IMG/VR virus record: IMGVR_UViG_3300017917_001342
Location: 310,001-374,000 of that record
DNA length: 64,000 nt
Direction: 5' to 3' (one strand)
The notes below the pieces were generated by a model. That model made no database searches. It was given only the letters and a program-made list of their open reading frames with translations, and was not told the DNA's origin. The translations under genes and the position numbers were made by a program. Positions 33,709 to 45,104 of the stretch are shown here, piece after piece; the first letter of the stretch is position 1, and every line of letters begins with the position of its first letter.

Positions 33709-35169
33709 TCAGCTAAATCTGTCTATTTTCTCTATAGAAAAAGGGTATTTTGCTTGATTATAAAACTGTTTTCGTTTAGTTAAATGTCTTGCACTGAATT
33801 TACAGTTACTTGTCATATCCCAGATTTGCACAAAGTCTTTGTCTTCTGCTTTACGTAACCCTCGTCCAATACTTTGAATAACACGAACAAAACTTTTACC
33901 AGGTTCGATTAGTACTAGGTTAAAGAGTCGAGGTACGTTAATACCAACAGCAGCAACGCCATAAGTAGCGATAAGCGTTTGATCATCATTAGTCGCGATG
34001 TTTTCATATTCTGCCTTTCTGTCTTTAGTCTTTACTGCACCGCTGATAAACGTACTTCCTTCTATCAATGCTTCTAGTGCTTTACCAGTTTCTAGTCTAT
34101 CGCATAACACAAGAGTGTTACCAGTTTTTGCAATAGCAGATATCATACTAGACATCCATTTGACTCGATCTTTGTCTGTCACAAGAAATTTTAATTCTTC
34201 TTGGTAGTTGTTGTACTTCATAAGTTCTTTTGTCTGTAACACATTGACATGACACTTGGCAAGTACGCCTTTTTCTTGTAGATCACTTGCAAACAAATCG
34301 CCCACGTTAGGCCCAACGCTCGACAGTAAGCACAACTGATTTTGTTCTTCTTCTGGAATGGTACCAGTCATACCCCATCTGATTGGAACATGTCTAAACA
34401 CAGTAGTCATCAAACGTGTAACAACTTCAGCTTGAAGAATGTGACACTCATCAACAATGACACATACCAGATTGTTCATAAATTCTTCAAGCTGGTTATC
34501 GTCTAGTGCTTCTTTGTGTTTCTTATCAAGTATGTTAAGACTTTGCCAAGTGCATATTGTATGCGTTTTGTTGTATTCTTTACGGTCGCCATAAAGTACA
34601 CCAACATCTAAACCTAAGTTAATGTAATCGGCTTCGGTTTGTTCAACTAGACTTTTGTTAGGTACAATAATAATACTGCGTCCAAAAGGCTCTACTAATT
34701 GACTTAGTGTAGCAGTTAGCAGTGTTTTGCCTGCACCGGTTGCAATCTGTTGAATACACTGTAGATTTTCTGCGTATCTGTTAACTAATTCTACTTGATA
34801 ATCTCGCAGTACAATTGGTTGCCCTGCACGTTCATGTTTAGCGGGCCAAACTTTTGGATGATGTGCATTTGAATCAATTGGTTTTAAATCAATGTGATAT
34901 TGCATTCGTTCGTCGACAATATCTATCTCATAACCATTTTCTTTGATTATAGGCAACATGCGATCTAATAGATTTAGATATGTGCGTCCGCCCATTGTAC
35001 AAAAGCTTTGAGTACCATCCCATCTACCTAACTTAAATGCAGCACTGTATCTTGCACTAGGTAAGAAATACTTAACTGCATTCACACATGCACGCCGTGT
35101 AGATAAGTCAAGACCGCCCATCTTGATGTTAACTTCGTCTTCTATTGTTATTATACATTCTTTAATCAT
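33709..35169 (-). CDS. uvsW: SF2 DNA helicase (UvsW-like)
   Basis: LRDYQ, ATGAGKT, IVDECH, GMTGT, QSIGRGLR. Confidence 0.93.
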   Translation of the reverse strand: MIKECIITIEDEVNIKMGGLDLSTRRACVNAVKYFLPSARYSAAFKLGRWDGTQSFCTMGGRTYLNLLDRMLPIIKENGYEIDIVDERMQYHIDLKPIDSNAHHPKVWPAKHERAGQPIVLRDYQVELVNRYAENLQCIQQIATGAGKTLLTATLSQLVEPFGRSIIIVPNKSLVEQTEADYINLGLDVGVLYGDRKEYNKTHTICTWQSLNILDKKHKEALDDNQLEEFMNNLVCVIVDECHILQAEVVTRLMTTVFRHVPIRWGMTGTIPEEEQNQLCLLSSVGPNVGDLFASDLQEKGVLAKCHVNVLQTKELMKYNNYQEELKFLVTDKDRVKWMSSMISAIAKTGNTLVLCDRLETGKALEALIEGSTFISGAVKTKDRKAEYENIATNDDQTLIATYGVAAVGINVPRLFNLVLIEPGKSFVRVIQSIGRGLRKAEDKDFVQIWDMTSNCKFSARHLTKRKQFYNQAKYPFSIEKIDRFS

Positions 35170-35174
35170 CTAAA

Positions 35175-35203
35175 ATTTTACTGCATATGTTGCATTTTTA
35201 CAA
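35175..35203 (-). promoter_or_regulatory. sigma70-like promoter of uvsW
   Basis: TTGTAA-N17-TAAAAT. Confidence 0.5.
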
Positions 35204-35206
35204 GCA

Positions 35207-35235
35207 AAAAGGGAGGGTATAATACCCTCCCTTTT
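35207..35235 (-). terminator. rho-independent terminator after groL
   Basis: AAAAGGGAGGGTA...TACCCTCCCTTTT. Confidence 0.8.
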
Positions 35236-35261
35236 AATTATCGTCAGTAATCTGTTTAGGA

Positions 35262-36887
<1,626 letters not shown>

Positions 36888-36898
36888 TTATTCTCCTA

Positions 36899-37189
36899 TT
36901 AATCAAGCACTGCAAAGATTTCGTCTTCTTTAAGAATCAACAGATCCTCACCTTGGTGGCGAATCTGCGTACCAGAATGCTTACCAAACAGCACACGGTT
37001 ACTAACTGTAACGTCAATTGGAAGATAGTTGCCATTGCGGTCTTTCTTGCCCGGACCGACTGCTAGCACAACACCTACATTTGGTTTTTCAGCGACAGAA
37101 TCTGGGATAACGAGACCACCTTTAGTGACATTATCGCTGTCCACTCTTTTTACTATGACCCTATCATTAAGCGGTCTTAGATCTGACAT
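36899..37189 (-). CDS. groS: co-chaperonin GroES
   Basis: PLNDRVIV, GGLVIP mobile loop, VLAVGPG. Confidence 0.97.
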   Translation of the reverse strand: MSDLRPLNDRVIVKRVDSDNVTKGGLVIPDSVAEKPNVGVVLAVGPGKKDRNGNYLPIDVTVSNRVLFGKHSGTQIRHQGEDLLILKEDEIFAVLD

Positions 37190-37307
37190 CGTTTTCTCCT
37201 ATATAAAACAAAAAGCACCGGTAACTTACCGGCCTCTTAAAAAATATAATCGGAGATATACTGCAAATCAACTCAATAGATAGATTTTTTCAGCATAGCA
37301 GATAAAA

Positions 37308-37338
37308 GAAAACTGTCAACCTTTCAGTTGACAGTTTT
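37308..37338 (-). terminator. terminator after uvsY
   Basis: AAAACTGTCAAC-N6-GTTGACAGTTTT. Confidence 0.7.
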
Positions 37339-37360
37339 ACAGTATTAGAGATGATTTTTA

Positions 37361-37825
37361 TTAACCTCTGGTATCAAGATGTGCATCTTCCATACCTTGA
37401 ATACGCAATCGTACTATGTTACTAATTTGAAACTGTTTAACATCTAAACCTTTAATCAACGCAAGATACTTGTTACGAACCAATGCAACTTCGTTAATCA
37501 ACGTACTCATTGTGATAACATCGTCTTCGCCATCAATGTATTTTTCAATACTGCGATCAGATAGTTCTCGCTGATAACGTTCTAAATAACGTCTATAATG
37601 ATCAGACCTGATTTTGTCATAGCGTATATTCAAAAATTTAAGTATTGCTTCTAACTCCTGAAGCTGCCCAAACCTATAGGCCATAATGCCACTAAGTTCT
37701 TGTGAGTTTTTTTCTATACTACCAATTATTTTAGTTTCTACCCACGCCGTTTCAAGTTGTTTTTGAAACCAATCTATAGCGTCTGGTAACACGCTAATGT
37801 CCGTAGCTACTCGATTGTACCACAT
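37361..37825 (-). CDS. uvsY: recombination mediator UvsY
   Basis: ELSDRSIEKYIDGEDD...QFQISNIVRLR; context with uvsX. Confidence 0.75.
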   Translation of the reverse strand: MWYNRVATDISVLPDAIDWFQKQLETAWVETKIIGSIEKNSQELSGIMAYRFGQLQELEAILKFLNIRYDKIRSDHYRRYLERYQRELSDRSIEKYIDGEDDVITMSTLINEVALVRNKYLALIKGLDVKQFQISNIVRLRIQGMEDAHLDTRG

Positions 37826-37834
37826 AGGTGTTTA

Positions 37835-38077
37835 TTACTTTCCAAGTCTGTTGTAAAATTCCCACAGTTTCCAGTCAATCTTATTAAGATTGGTAGCAAT
37901 AGACAACAACAACTTCAACTGAACTTTTGACATTTCAGCAGGGTTGTCACTTTTTAATGCAGCTTCTACTTCGGCTTCTAGTAATGAAGCCGCAGGATCA
38001 TTACTAGCAGTTTTAGTTTTAACTGTTTTTGTTGACGCTGGTTCGTCTTTAACTACTGTTACAGGTGATTTAGCCAT
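37835..38077 (-). CDS. hypothetical protein
   Basis: 80-aa ORF with an RBS. Confidence 0.6.
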   Translation of the reverse strand: MAKSPVTVVKDEPASTKTVKTKTASNDPAASLLEAEVEAALKSDNPAEMSKVQLKLLLSIATNLNKIDWKLWEFYNRLGK

Positions 38078-38087
38078 TTATATCTCG

Positions 38088-38333
38088 TTATTCATCCAGA
38101 TCTTCATCATAATCGATGGAATACTTGTCAACTGACTCACCATTGTATTGCGATTCTATTGCGATGTCAAGGTGATCATCCTCGCCTATCAGTACTTCGA
38201 AATCGTCGTAATCCATACCTTTATCTGCAAAGATATGTACTAGTTTTCTAGCCATGTCTTCGCGTTTGTTGTTAGGAAGTGATTCAGACACCACTTCCCA
38301 AACTTCCAAAAACAAATTAGCGCCTATGTTCAT
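38088..38333 (-). CDS. hypothetical acidic protein
   Basis: 81 aa, overlaps the uvsX stop. Confidence 0.65.
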   Translation of the reverse strand: MNIGANLFLEVWEVVSESLPNNKREDMARKLVHIFADKGMDYDDFEVLIGEDDHLDIAIESQYNGESVDKYSIDYDEDLDE

Positions 38334-39424
38334 TCGTTATCCTCATTATTTTTATCAGTGTCAAACATAGAATCATCTTGATCAGAAACGTCGTCCATGA
38401 CAATTTTAGATTCGTCCCACTCTGCCATGATCAGATCAAGTAATTCATCGGTTATCCCAGAACGGAAGTACTTATGTTCTTTACCGGTCTTGTCGGTATA
38501 TTTTAATTTGTTACCTTCTTTGACCAGTACACCTTTCTTTTCAAATAGATCAATGAGACCGCTGTATTCATCCATACCAGTATCCCACGGAATTTTGATT
38601 TCAACTGACTCAAATGGTTTGTTGTAACGAGTCTTCATAATCTTACATGCTGCACGAATACCACGTACATCAGTTACTTTCTTACCATCTTCATCTTCTT
38701 TGAGTTTCAACTTACGCATTGCCACAACGATAGAACTTGCGTAGATAAAACCCTGGCCGCCACTGATCTTGTCGTCTGGATCAAACATATCCTGACTTGC
38801 GTAGCTGTGGTTAGTTACTACAAGACCCACGTCGAACTCGCCAAACATATTAACACAGTTACGGACTAGCGCAGTAAGTGCTTTGGGTTTACGGCCCATA
38901 TCGCCTTTTAAGTCGCCTGCTTCAAACTGATTAACATCGGTCGGTGTTAGCAACATACCAAGACTATCAAGTATGAACAAAATTTTAGGACGGTTCTCCG
39001 GATCTTCTTTTTCGTACTTTGACTTGTAATCTTTCATAAAGTCACTGATGAGTTTAGCAACGTCATCAATCATTGCAAGGTTGCATTTGAGCAGCTTATC
39101 TTCGCTAGTGTCAACACCCAATGGCTGTAGCCATTTTTCATCAAGTGCGTTTTCAGTATCAATTACAATCGGGAATATACCAGCTTTCTGCGCATTACGT
39201 ACAATGTTGCCGCTGCAAATGTAGCTTTTGCCAGAACCTGATTGTCCTGCAAACATTGTAACTTTGCCAAGCGGAATACCTTTTTTAAAGTTACCACTGA
39301 TCGCGTAGTTTAATGCATAGTTGCCACTGTGAATCCAAGTGTTAGGATCGTGAAATCCCATACTCAGTGTAGGAATAGATTTGGTAATGTCTTTTCTAAA
39401 TTTGCTTATGTCAAACGGTTTCAA
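38330..39424 (-). CDS. uvsX: RecA-like recombinase UvsX
   Basis: GQSGSGKS Walker A, IDTENA, LDSLG, SGGQGFIYASS. Confidence 0.93.
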   Translation of the reverse strand: MKPFDISKFRKDITKSIPTLSMGFHDPNTWIHSGNYALNYAISGNFKKGIPLGKVTMFAGQSGSGKSYICSGNIVRNAQKAGIFPIVIDTENALDEKWLQPLGVDTSEDKLLKCNLAMIDDVAKLISDFMKDYKSKYEKEDPENRPKILFILDSLGMLLTPTDVNQFEAGDLKGDMGRKPKALTALVRNCVNMFGEFDVGLVVTNHSYASQDMFDPDDKISGGQGFIYASSIVVAMRKLKLKEDEDGKKVTDVRGIRAACKIMKTRYNKPFESVEIKIPWDTGMDEYSGLIDLFEKKGVLVKEGNKLKYTDKTGKEHKYFRSGITDELLDLIMAEWDESKIVMDDVSDQDDSMFDTDKNNEDNE

Positions 39425-39492
39425 GTCACTTCTCCTGTGAATTTAAAGTAGGCAGAGAGCTAAACCCTCTGCCTATATCATTGTGTGTAGTA

Positions 39493-40530
39493 TTAGTTGC
39501 CCATCTTACGGCGACGGATTGCTTCAAGAATGTCTTCAGGTGTAGACATCTTTGGCTTATCGCCTGCTGGTGCCGCAGGTGTTTCTGTTTGCGGCTTAGG
39601 GTCAACCCAACCAGTATCATGTGTAGTTTCTGCAGATTTTGCAGATGCACGTTCTAGTATGCTACTAGCTGTAACAGGTTTAGTAACTGGTGCTACTGCT
39701 GGTGCAACATCAGCATCACCGCCATCTGAACGCATACCGTTTGGCTTGTAGAATTGTCCCCAACGTTCAGTGTCATAGAGTTCTTCATTAACACTTGCAT
39801 GGAACAGTTCAACGATTGCGTTGAGATGATCATCATCTGGCTTCTTTGGCAAGAATTGACTTAGATTGTACAATCCAAACTTTTCAATGCTTTCCATTTC
39901 ACCATCGTTAAGCGGACGTTCTTTCATAGACCAACTAGAGCTAGCATAGTTAGCATAACCTCCCTTACTGGTTTTAGTGAGGTAGAAGTCACGCCCATTT
40001 GCATAGTCAGTAGGACTATTCTCGAGGTCCTGTCGCATAAGAATGCCTTTAACCACGTCAAACACACTTGGGTTAATGATAAACCTGCGGATTGGATTTT
40101 CCGGTGTGTTGTCATCCTTGTTTGGATTTTGTGTAACAAAGCCCTGGAACAGATAGCTCTTTTTACGCCAGTATTTACGAGCCATGTCTTCCAATGACGG
40201 ATCTTTCCACCATGAACGTGTTTCTGCTGCGATAGGACAGGTACCAGGTTTCCACATATCCATGCAAGGAACTTGCACTTCAACTGGCCTAGCGTCATTT
40301 TGACCTTTAACACCTGGGAATGGAATTTTGATAATCAGTCGTTCTACCCAGAAAAAGTCATTGGTATCATCACCGTCTGGGAGAAATCTTAGAGTTGCAG
40401 TGCTGCCTTCTGGGTTGTTCCAGAACGGATAAATGCTATTGTCGCTTGTAAAGTTTCCACCGCGACCACGTTCTTTACGTGCTTGTTGCTCTAAGAGTTT
40501 AGCTTGTATTTCTTTAAGATTAAGTGCCAT
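39493..40530 (-). CDS. gp32: single-stranded DNA-binding protein (T4 gp32-like)
   Basis: LRFLPDGD, C...G.CP, YANYASSSW; CATAAATA and GGAGG upstream. Confidence 0.85.
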   Translation of the reverse strand: MALNLKEIQAKLLEQQARKERGRGGNFTSDNSIYPFWNNPEGSTATLRFLPDGDDTNDFFWVERLIIKIPFPGVKGQNDARPVEVQVPCMDMWKPGTCPIAAETRSWWKDPSLEDMARKYWRKKSYLFQGFVTQNPNKDDNTPENPIRRFIINPSVFDVVKGILMRQDLENSPTDYANGRDFYLTKTSKGGYANYASSSWSMKERPLNDGEMESIEKFGLYNLSQFLPKKPDDDHLNAIVELFHASVNEELYDTERWGQFYKPNGMRSDGGDADVAPAVAPVTKPVTASSILERASAKSAETTHDTGWVDPKPQTETPAAPAGDKPKMSTPEDILEAIRRRKMGN

Positions 40531-40642
40531 GATATGTGCCTCCTATATGTGTTTTTTTCATGTGCCTAAATGTGTATTAAGACAACATACAAAGATCGCT
40601 GTATGCTGACAGTGTTATTTATGCCACAGATATCATCAAAAG

Positions 40643-41464
40643 TCAAAATAATAATTGATAATCTCTAGGATCAATGTTAAATTCACCGCAGGCATGTATC
40701 TTTGATACGTTGTCTAGCTTCGACCACTCAGTGTAACCTATGTATTGAGGTCTTACAAGAGTCGCCGATATAAATCTTTTGGTTGCATCTATTACCACAG
40801 AATGTCGCATGCAGTAGGATGCTAACAATGCACAGGGGTTCGGATGAATTAATTGGTTTGGTAAGTCAGCCCACTGACTTTCAAGATATCGCAACATCAA
40901 CAGGCCTGCTGCACTTCTGCCTGCAACATAACAAAGATCGTCTGCTAATTCGATGTCAGATTGGTCAACTGTAACAGATTCTGCAACAGTGTTTAGAGTA
41001 GCAACAACTTCCATAGTACCTGCAATTTTTGTAGACGTTGCAGTTTGAAAAAAACCATATTTGCAGTCTGGTCTGGCAAATACAATTTGCTCATATCGTG
41101 TACCTGACAGTATTTCTTGTTTTCTTAACTCTATGCCAAGTTGGTAATCTAGCCAGGCTAATTTCCAATAATCTGGTGCATATCCGTCCCAGCTCTGTCT
41201 ATGTGTATAAGGACATTTGTAATTTTCTTCATTTACAAATTTGCAGGATATTAGATTACTTTTGTAAAAATCTCTATGTAGACTATCGATCGTAACCGTA
41301 TCAGACTTGGGGAAACACATATACCAATCGATGTTATCGTAGCAGTTGTTTAAGAAAGCTAAATTTTGATATTTTACAAGATTCCATGTGCGTACATGTC
41401 CACGCAAAAATATTGCAGTTTTCATTGCAATGCACCAACTTTTAATTTGATGCGATTTGCCCAA
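40643..41464 (-). CDS. hypothetical protein, possible GT-A-like glycosyltransferase
   Basis: FLRGHVRTW...IVFARPD pattern; weak. Confidence 0.45.
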   Translation of the reverse strand: MGKSHQIKSWCIAMKTAIFLRGHVRTWNLVKYQNLAFLNNCYDNIDWYMCFPKSDTVTIDSLHRDFYKSNLISCKFVNEENYKCPYTHRQSWDGYAPDYWKLAWLDYQLGIELRKQEILSGTRYEQIVFARPDCKYGFFQTATSTKIAGTMEVVATLNTVAESVTVDQSDIELADDLCYVAGRSAAGLLMLRYLESQWADLPNQLIHPNPCALLASYCMRHSVVIDATKRFISATLVRPQYIGYTEWSKLDNVSKIHACGEFNIDPRDYQLLF

Positions 41465-41925
41465 TGCAAGAACATATTAGTATAATTGGTTTCTATAGTT
41501 GGAAATGGATTACCCCATCCTGATTGCGCAGTACTAGTCCATTCAAAATTTCCAAGTTCTAATATACCAGACAAAAATTTAACTATTGCTAAAGGGTGGC
41601 CTGCAACCCATCCGCAGTGATATGCAGGATCTCTAGATGGGAATATCAGTTCATCTGTGCGTATGTGATGCAAATACAAATTTATATTTGCTATATCATT
41701 GATAAAGTTATCAAATATCAAGAGAATTGACGTATATTTGGTATTAGCTGTATATGTGTTAGAAGTTAACACACATGATTCTAAATGAATACTTGCATCA
41801 AACAGTTTGTTGTAAACGTCTGTTTTATCGCTGCGAACTGTTAATAGTTCATACTGATCAAAACAGGTTGTTATGTGATGTAGTTGGGTATCATCTAAAC
41901 CAACTACATCACATATCAATATCAT
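41422..41925 (-). CDS. hypothetical protein
   Basis: 167-aa co-oriented ORF. Confidence 0.6.
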   Translation of the reverse strand: MILICDVVGLDDTQLHHITTCFDQYELLTVRSDKTDVYNKLFDASIHLESCVLTSNTYTANTKYTSILLIFDNFINDIANINLYLHHIRTDELIFPSRDPAYHCGWVAGHPLAIVKFLSGILELGNFEWTSTAQSGWGNPFPTIETNYTNMFLHWANRIKLKVGALQ

Positions 41926-41926
41926 T

Positions 41927-43432
41927 TTATTCCTGAGACGTTAAACCAGCTAATTCACTTAGACGGACGATATCAAATTCATCGTCATCTTCATCATTAT
42001 AAAGTTCGTCATCGTCTTGTGCAACCGTACCAACAGGTATATTAATAATATATCTAGCGGCGGTGTTCAATGCTTTAACTGCGTCTTCGTCTTCTTCACA
42101 GCTACAAGCTTCAATAAGGTCATTTGCAAAATCTATATACGCTTGTTGATCTACTTCCGATAGATTAGAAAGATCCTCAATACCTTTGGTGTAACCTCGA
42201 GATCCACTGAGTCGTTTGCTGTCTTTGCTTAGACGTTTTATAGCATCTTTTACTTTTAATCCGTTGTCAACATCGCCTGCACGTGATAGCAATTTATTTG
42301 CACGCTTGAGTTCAATATATTCTTCACTCATACGTAAAATAGCTTCACCAATAGTGTCGTTCATACGACCATTGTTAGACAAATGCCTAGCCATTGCTCT
42401 TGCACCTGCAATATGTGCATGTGGATATGCAAAACGTTCACCTAATTTTGTTTCGATGAATATGTTGCGAATTCTGCGCCAACGACTACCTTTTTTAGAT
42501 TCGTCTATCGGATCAGTGTGTCTGATTATCAGTTTGCTATCAGCAATCTGTTGGTAGCTGCTTTTAGTGCTGCCATAGGGTTTACTGATGTCTTTACTTT
42601 CATTCACTGTTGCTTCAAACACTGCACTTTCATTGCAATTCCATTTGCGCAGTGCCAATGCTTTTCTAGTAGGCTTGCCATTTTCATCTTTCATTGGGCC
42701 TTTTACCCCACTCATGCGAGCGCAGAAAGATTTACGACGTTTTGCAGCTTTGCTACCTTTTTTAAGTTTACTAGGTTTAGTAGTTACAGCAGTTTGTAAT
42801 TTGCTACCAGGGTGAGCTCTACGGTACGATGCTACACCTTTTTTATTCAAACCACCAGTTTTACTCTTGCCAGCTTTTTTCTGCCAAGTTGCAACTTCTA
42901 ACAGTGTTGCATCATCAACGTGTTCAAAATCTTCCCAGATCAATTCACTGTCGACATTGTGTTGTATAGCCAACTGTTCTACAAACCATTCAATTAAATC
43001 AAATTGACTGTTTAAGTCTTCTTCGATATCAGATTGAACCGAGCTGATGTTTTCTTGTATGTTGTTTATAGCATCTTCTCTAGGATCGATATCATGGTCA
43101 AACTTGTACCAGTTTATACTAAGACCCTCGGAATCACCGATGTTGTTTTCTATACTTTTCTTTAGATTAACTACTGTATCAAAATCTTTATCATTTGGTA
43201 GATTTGGTGTTTTAATATCTAAATGACTGCTACTGTCTTCATCATGCAGACTTATCAGTATGCTGAAATCTTTCAACGACGGATCTTTACTAGGTATTGT
43301 AGCAAAATACCTAGTGGCTTCATGCGGATCCATTGTTTTGTTGCCTTCTTTGTCAAACATCTGCAGACGGTAACCCCGTCCTCGCAATATGCCAAAGAGC
43401 TTGTCGCCTATTATGTCCCAGTTATAATTCAT
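41927..43432 (-). CDS. putative head-associated protein with an internal basic DUF6321-like module
   Basis: WQKKAGK..TGGLN.KG...RRKSFCARMSG; C-term RLSELAGL; GATAAATA upstream. Confidence 0.6.
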   Translation of the reverse strand: MNYNWDIIGDKLFGILRGRGYRLQMFDKEGNKTMDPHEATRYFATIPSKDPSLKDFSILISLHDEDSSSHLDIKTPNLPNDKDFDTVVNLKKSIENNIGDSEGLSINWYKFDHDIDPREDAINNIQENISSVQSDIEEDLNSQFDLIEWFVEQLAIQHNVDSELIWEDFEHVDDATLLEVATWQKKAGKSKTGGLNKKGVASYRRAHPGSKLQTAVTTKPSKLKKGSKAAKRRKSFCARMSGVKGPMKDENGKPTRKALALRKWNCNESAVFEATVNESKDISKPYGSTKSSYQQIADSKLIIRHTDPIDESKKGSRWRRIRNIFIETKLGERFAYPHAHIAGARAMARHLSNNGRMNDTIGEAILRMSEEYIELKRANKLLSRAGDVDNGLKVKDAIKRLSKDSKRLSGSRGYTKGIEDLSNLSEVDQQAYIDFANDLIEACSCEEDEDAVKALNTAARYIINIPVGTVAQDDDELYNDEDDDEFDIVRLSELAGLTSQE

Positions 43433-43448
43433 AGTGAAATATTTATCA

Positions 43449-45035
43449 TTAATAACCCATGCTGAATGGCATAGGTTCTACGTTGTCATCGTCGTCAAAC
43501 TCATCCTTAATAAGGTTACTGATGTTTTCGTCCCAGGTTGTAACCAATTGCATCATTCTAATACACAACAGGGTTGCCATTACACAATCGTCATTTTCTC
43601 CGACTTTAGCAGCAAAACTATTACCTTTGGCAACAAAGAATTTTATCTGTCGCACAAGTTGTTTACTCAGGAATGTTAATCTATTAGATTCTAAAAGATT
43701 TTTTAGTTTCATACAGGCCAATGCCTTGGATCTAACGTTGGTATTAAAACCTCTACGCAATCTAGCAACACCTCTGGCTTTGGGTTCATGCACCCAGATA
43801 CCAGCAAACCTTTCTTCTCCAATCTCGTCTATCGTTAAAACAGCAGCTTCACCCCAACTGTTGTTCTCCAATGTGAAGTATATATCGGGTTCGGATTTTT
43901 GTTCTCTGTGTGACTTCATTTCGTCGTGAATATATTTCAGTATACTCTGCATAGTTTTTACTTGATTTGGTATACTGGTTCTATTATGACTCCATTCGGC
44001 TACCTGTTTCATATCAGGTAAACTGAACACTTCAATCGCAGCATAATCCTGACCCACACCTGCACTGGGATCTAATCCAACTACATAGGTTTTGTTAGGA
44101 TATATTTTGTCATACCAGCGTACATTACCAGTTTTGAATATCGGTTCAATGCCTTGCATTTTAAGCAATGTAACAGCATTGATAAGTGTTTCGTCAGCAG
44201 TTAAGAATTTACAATCATATTCGCGATCAAACTTATCTGATCCAATTTTTGCACGTTCAGTTGCTGCCCATACTTCATCTCTGCCAGGTACTTCGCTATA
44301 ATGTGCTGTTACTGCTTTAAATCCGTTTATGCCCAGACCATTCTCAAGCGTGTTACCAAATTCGTCTATAGTTTTATTAGCACCAAACCATATTTCAGCA
44401 AACTTGTCTTCATCACTGTTAGGAGTAGAAGTAATAATACAACGTCCGCCTGTTGCAAGTGTTGGACTCATAGCTGTCCAAAACTCTTCTGCAATACGCG
44501 GTTTAACGAACGCAAATTCGTCTAGGTAAAGCAGTGAAATTGACATGCCTCGACCACTGTCCGGAGTAGTGGTTGTACTTTTAATTCTCGATCCGTTGTC
44601 AAAACGTATGTCTTGCACGTTGTAGGTTGCAACACCTGCTCTTAGCCAGTCTGGTAATTCTTCGTAGGCAAATTTAACACGGTCCATAATTTCTGTAGCA
44701 GCACGAAACTTGTTAGCTGCAATCAATATGGTTACGTTTGGATTAAACATTGCATACCAAAGCAAATACCCTGCTGCGGTAGTAGTTTTACCAGTCTGTC
44801 TAGGTAACAATGCTACAACTGATATATTCTTCCAATATGCATCAACTAAACGTTTTTGATATTCGTATGCAACAAATGGTATTTTGCCTTTTACAGGGTG
44901 CTGAATCCACATGTAGTTTTCCATAAAGTACAATGGATCTAATGAGCATTTAGCCATTTCTCGAACTTGTTCGGGTGTATAGGTAGTTTTAGTACCCGCC
45001 GCCTTTACCAGTTTAAAATCTATGTCGCTTCCCAT
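43449..45035 (-). CDS. gp17: terminase large subunit (T4 gp17-like)
   Basis: PRQTGKTT Walker A, LYLDEFAF Walker B, GLDPSAGVGQDY and NDDCVMA nuclease motifs. Confidence 0.95.
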   Translation of the reverse strand: MGSDIDFKLVKAAGTKTTYTPEQVREMAKCSLDPLYFMENYMWIQHPVKGKIPFVAYEYQKRLVDAYWKNISVVALLPRQTGKTTTAAGYLLWYAMFNPNVTILIAANKFRAATEIMDRVKFAYEELPDWLRAGVATYNVQDIRFDNGSRIKSTTTTPDSGRGMSISLLYLDEFAFVKPRIAEEFWTAMSPTLATGGRCIITSTPNSDEDKFAEIWFGANKTIDEFGNTLENGLGINGFKAVTAHYSEVPGRDEVWAATERAKIGSDKFDREYDCKFLTADETLINAVTLLKMQGIEPIFKTGNVRWYDKIYPNKTYVVGLDPSAGVGQDYAAIEVFSLPDMKQVAEWSHNRTSIPNQVKTMQSILKYIHDEMKSHREQKSEPDIYFTLENNSWGEAAVLTIDEIGEERFAGIWVHEPKARGVARLRRGFNTNVRSKALACMKLKNLLESNRLTFLSKQLVRQIKFFVAKGNSFAAKVGENDDCVMATLLCIRMMQLVTTWDENISNLIKDEFDDDDNVEPMPFSMGY

Positions 45036-45051
45036 GTTTATCCTCAGAAAG

Positions 45052-45078
45052 AAAAGCAGCGCAAATTGCGCTGCTTTT
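45052..45078 (-). terminator. rho-independent terminator
   Basis: AAAAGCAGCGCA-AAT-TGCGCTGCTTTT. Confidence 0.8.
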
Positions 45079-45104
45079 ACTTATTATATTTTTTACCAAT
45101 GTAA

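Noticed and set aside
37190-37360. CIRCE element for groESL
   Set aside because: TTAGCACTC-N9-GAGTGCTAA is not present.
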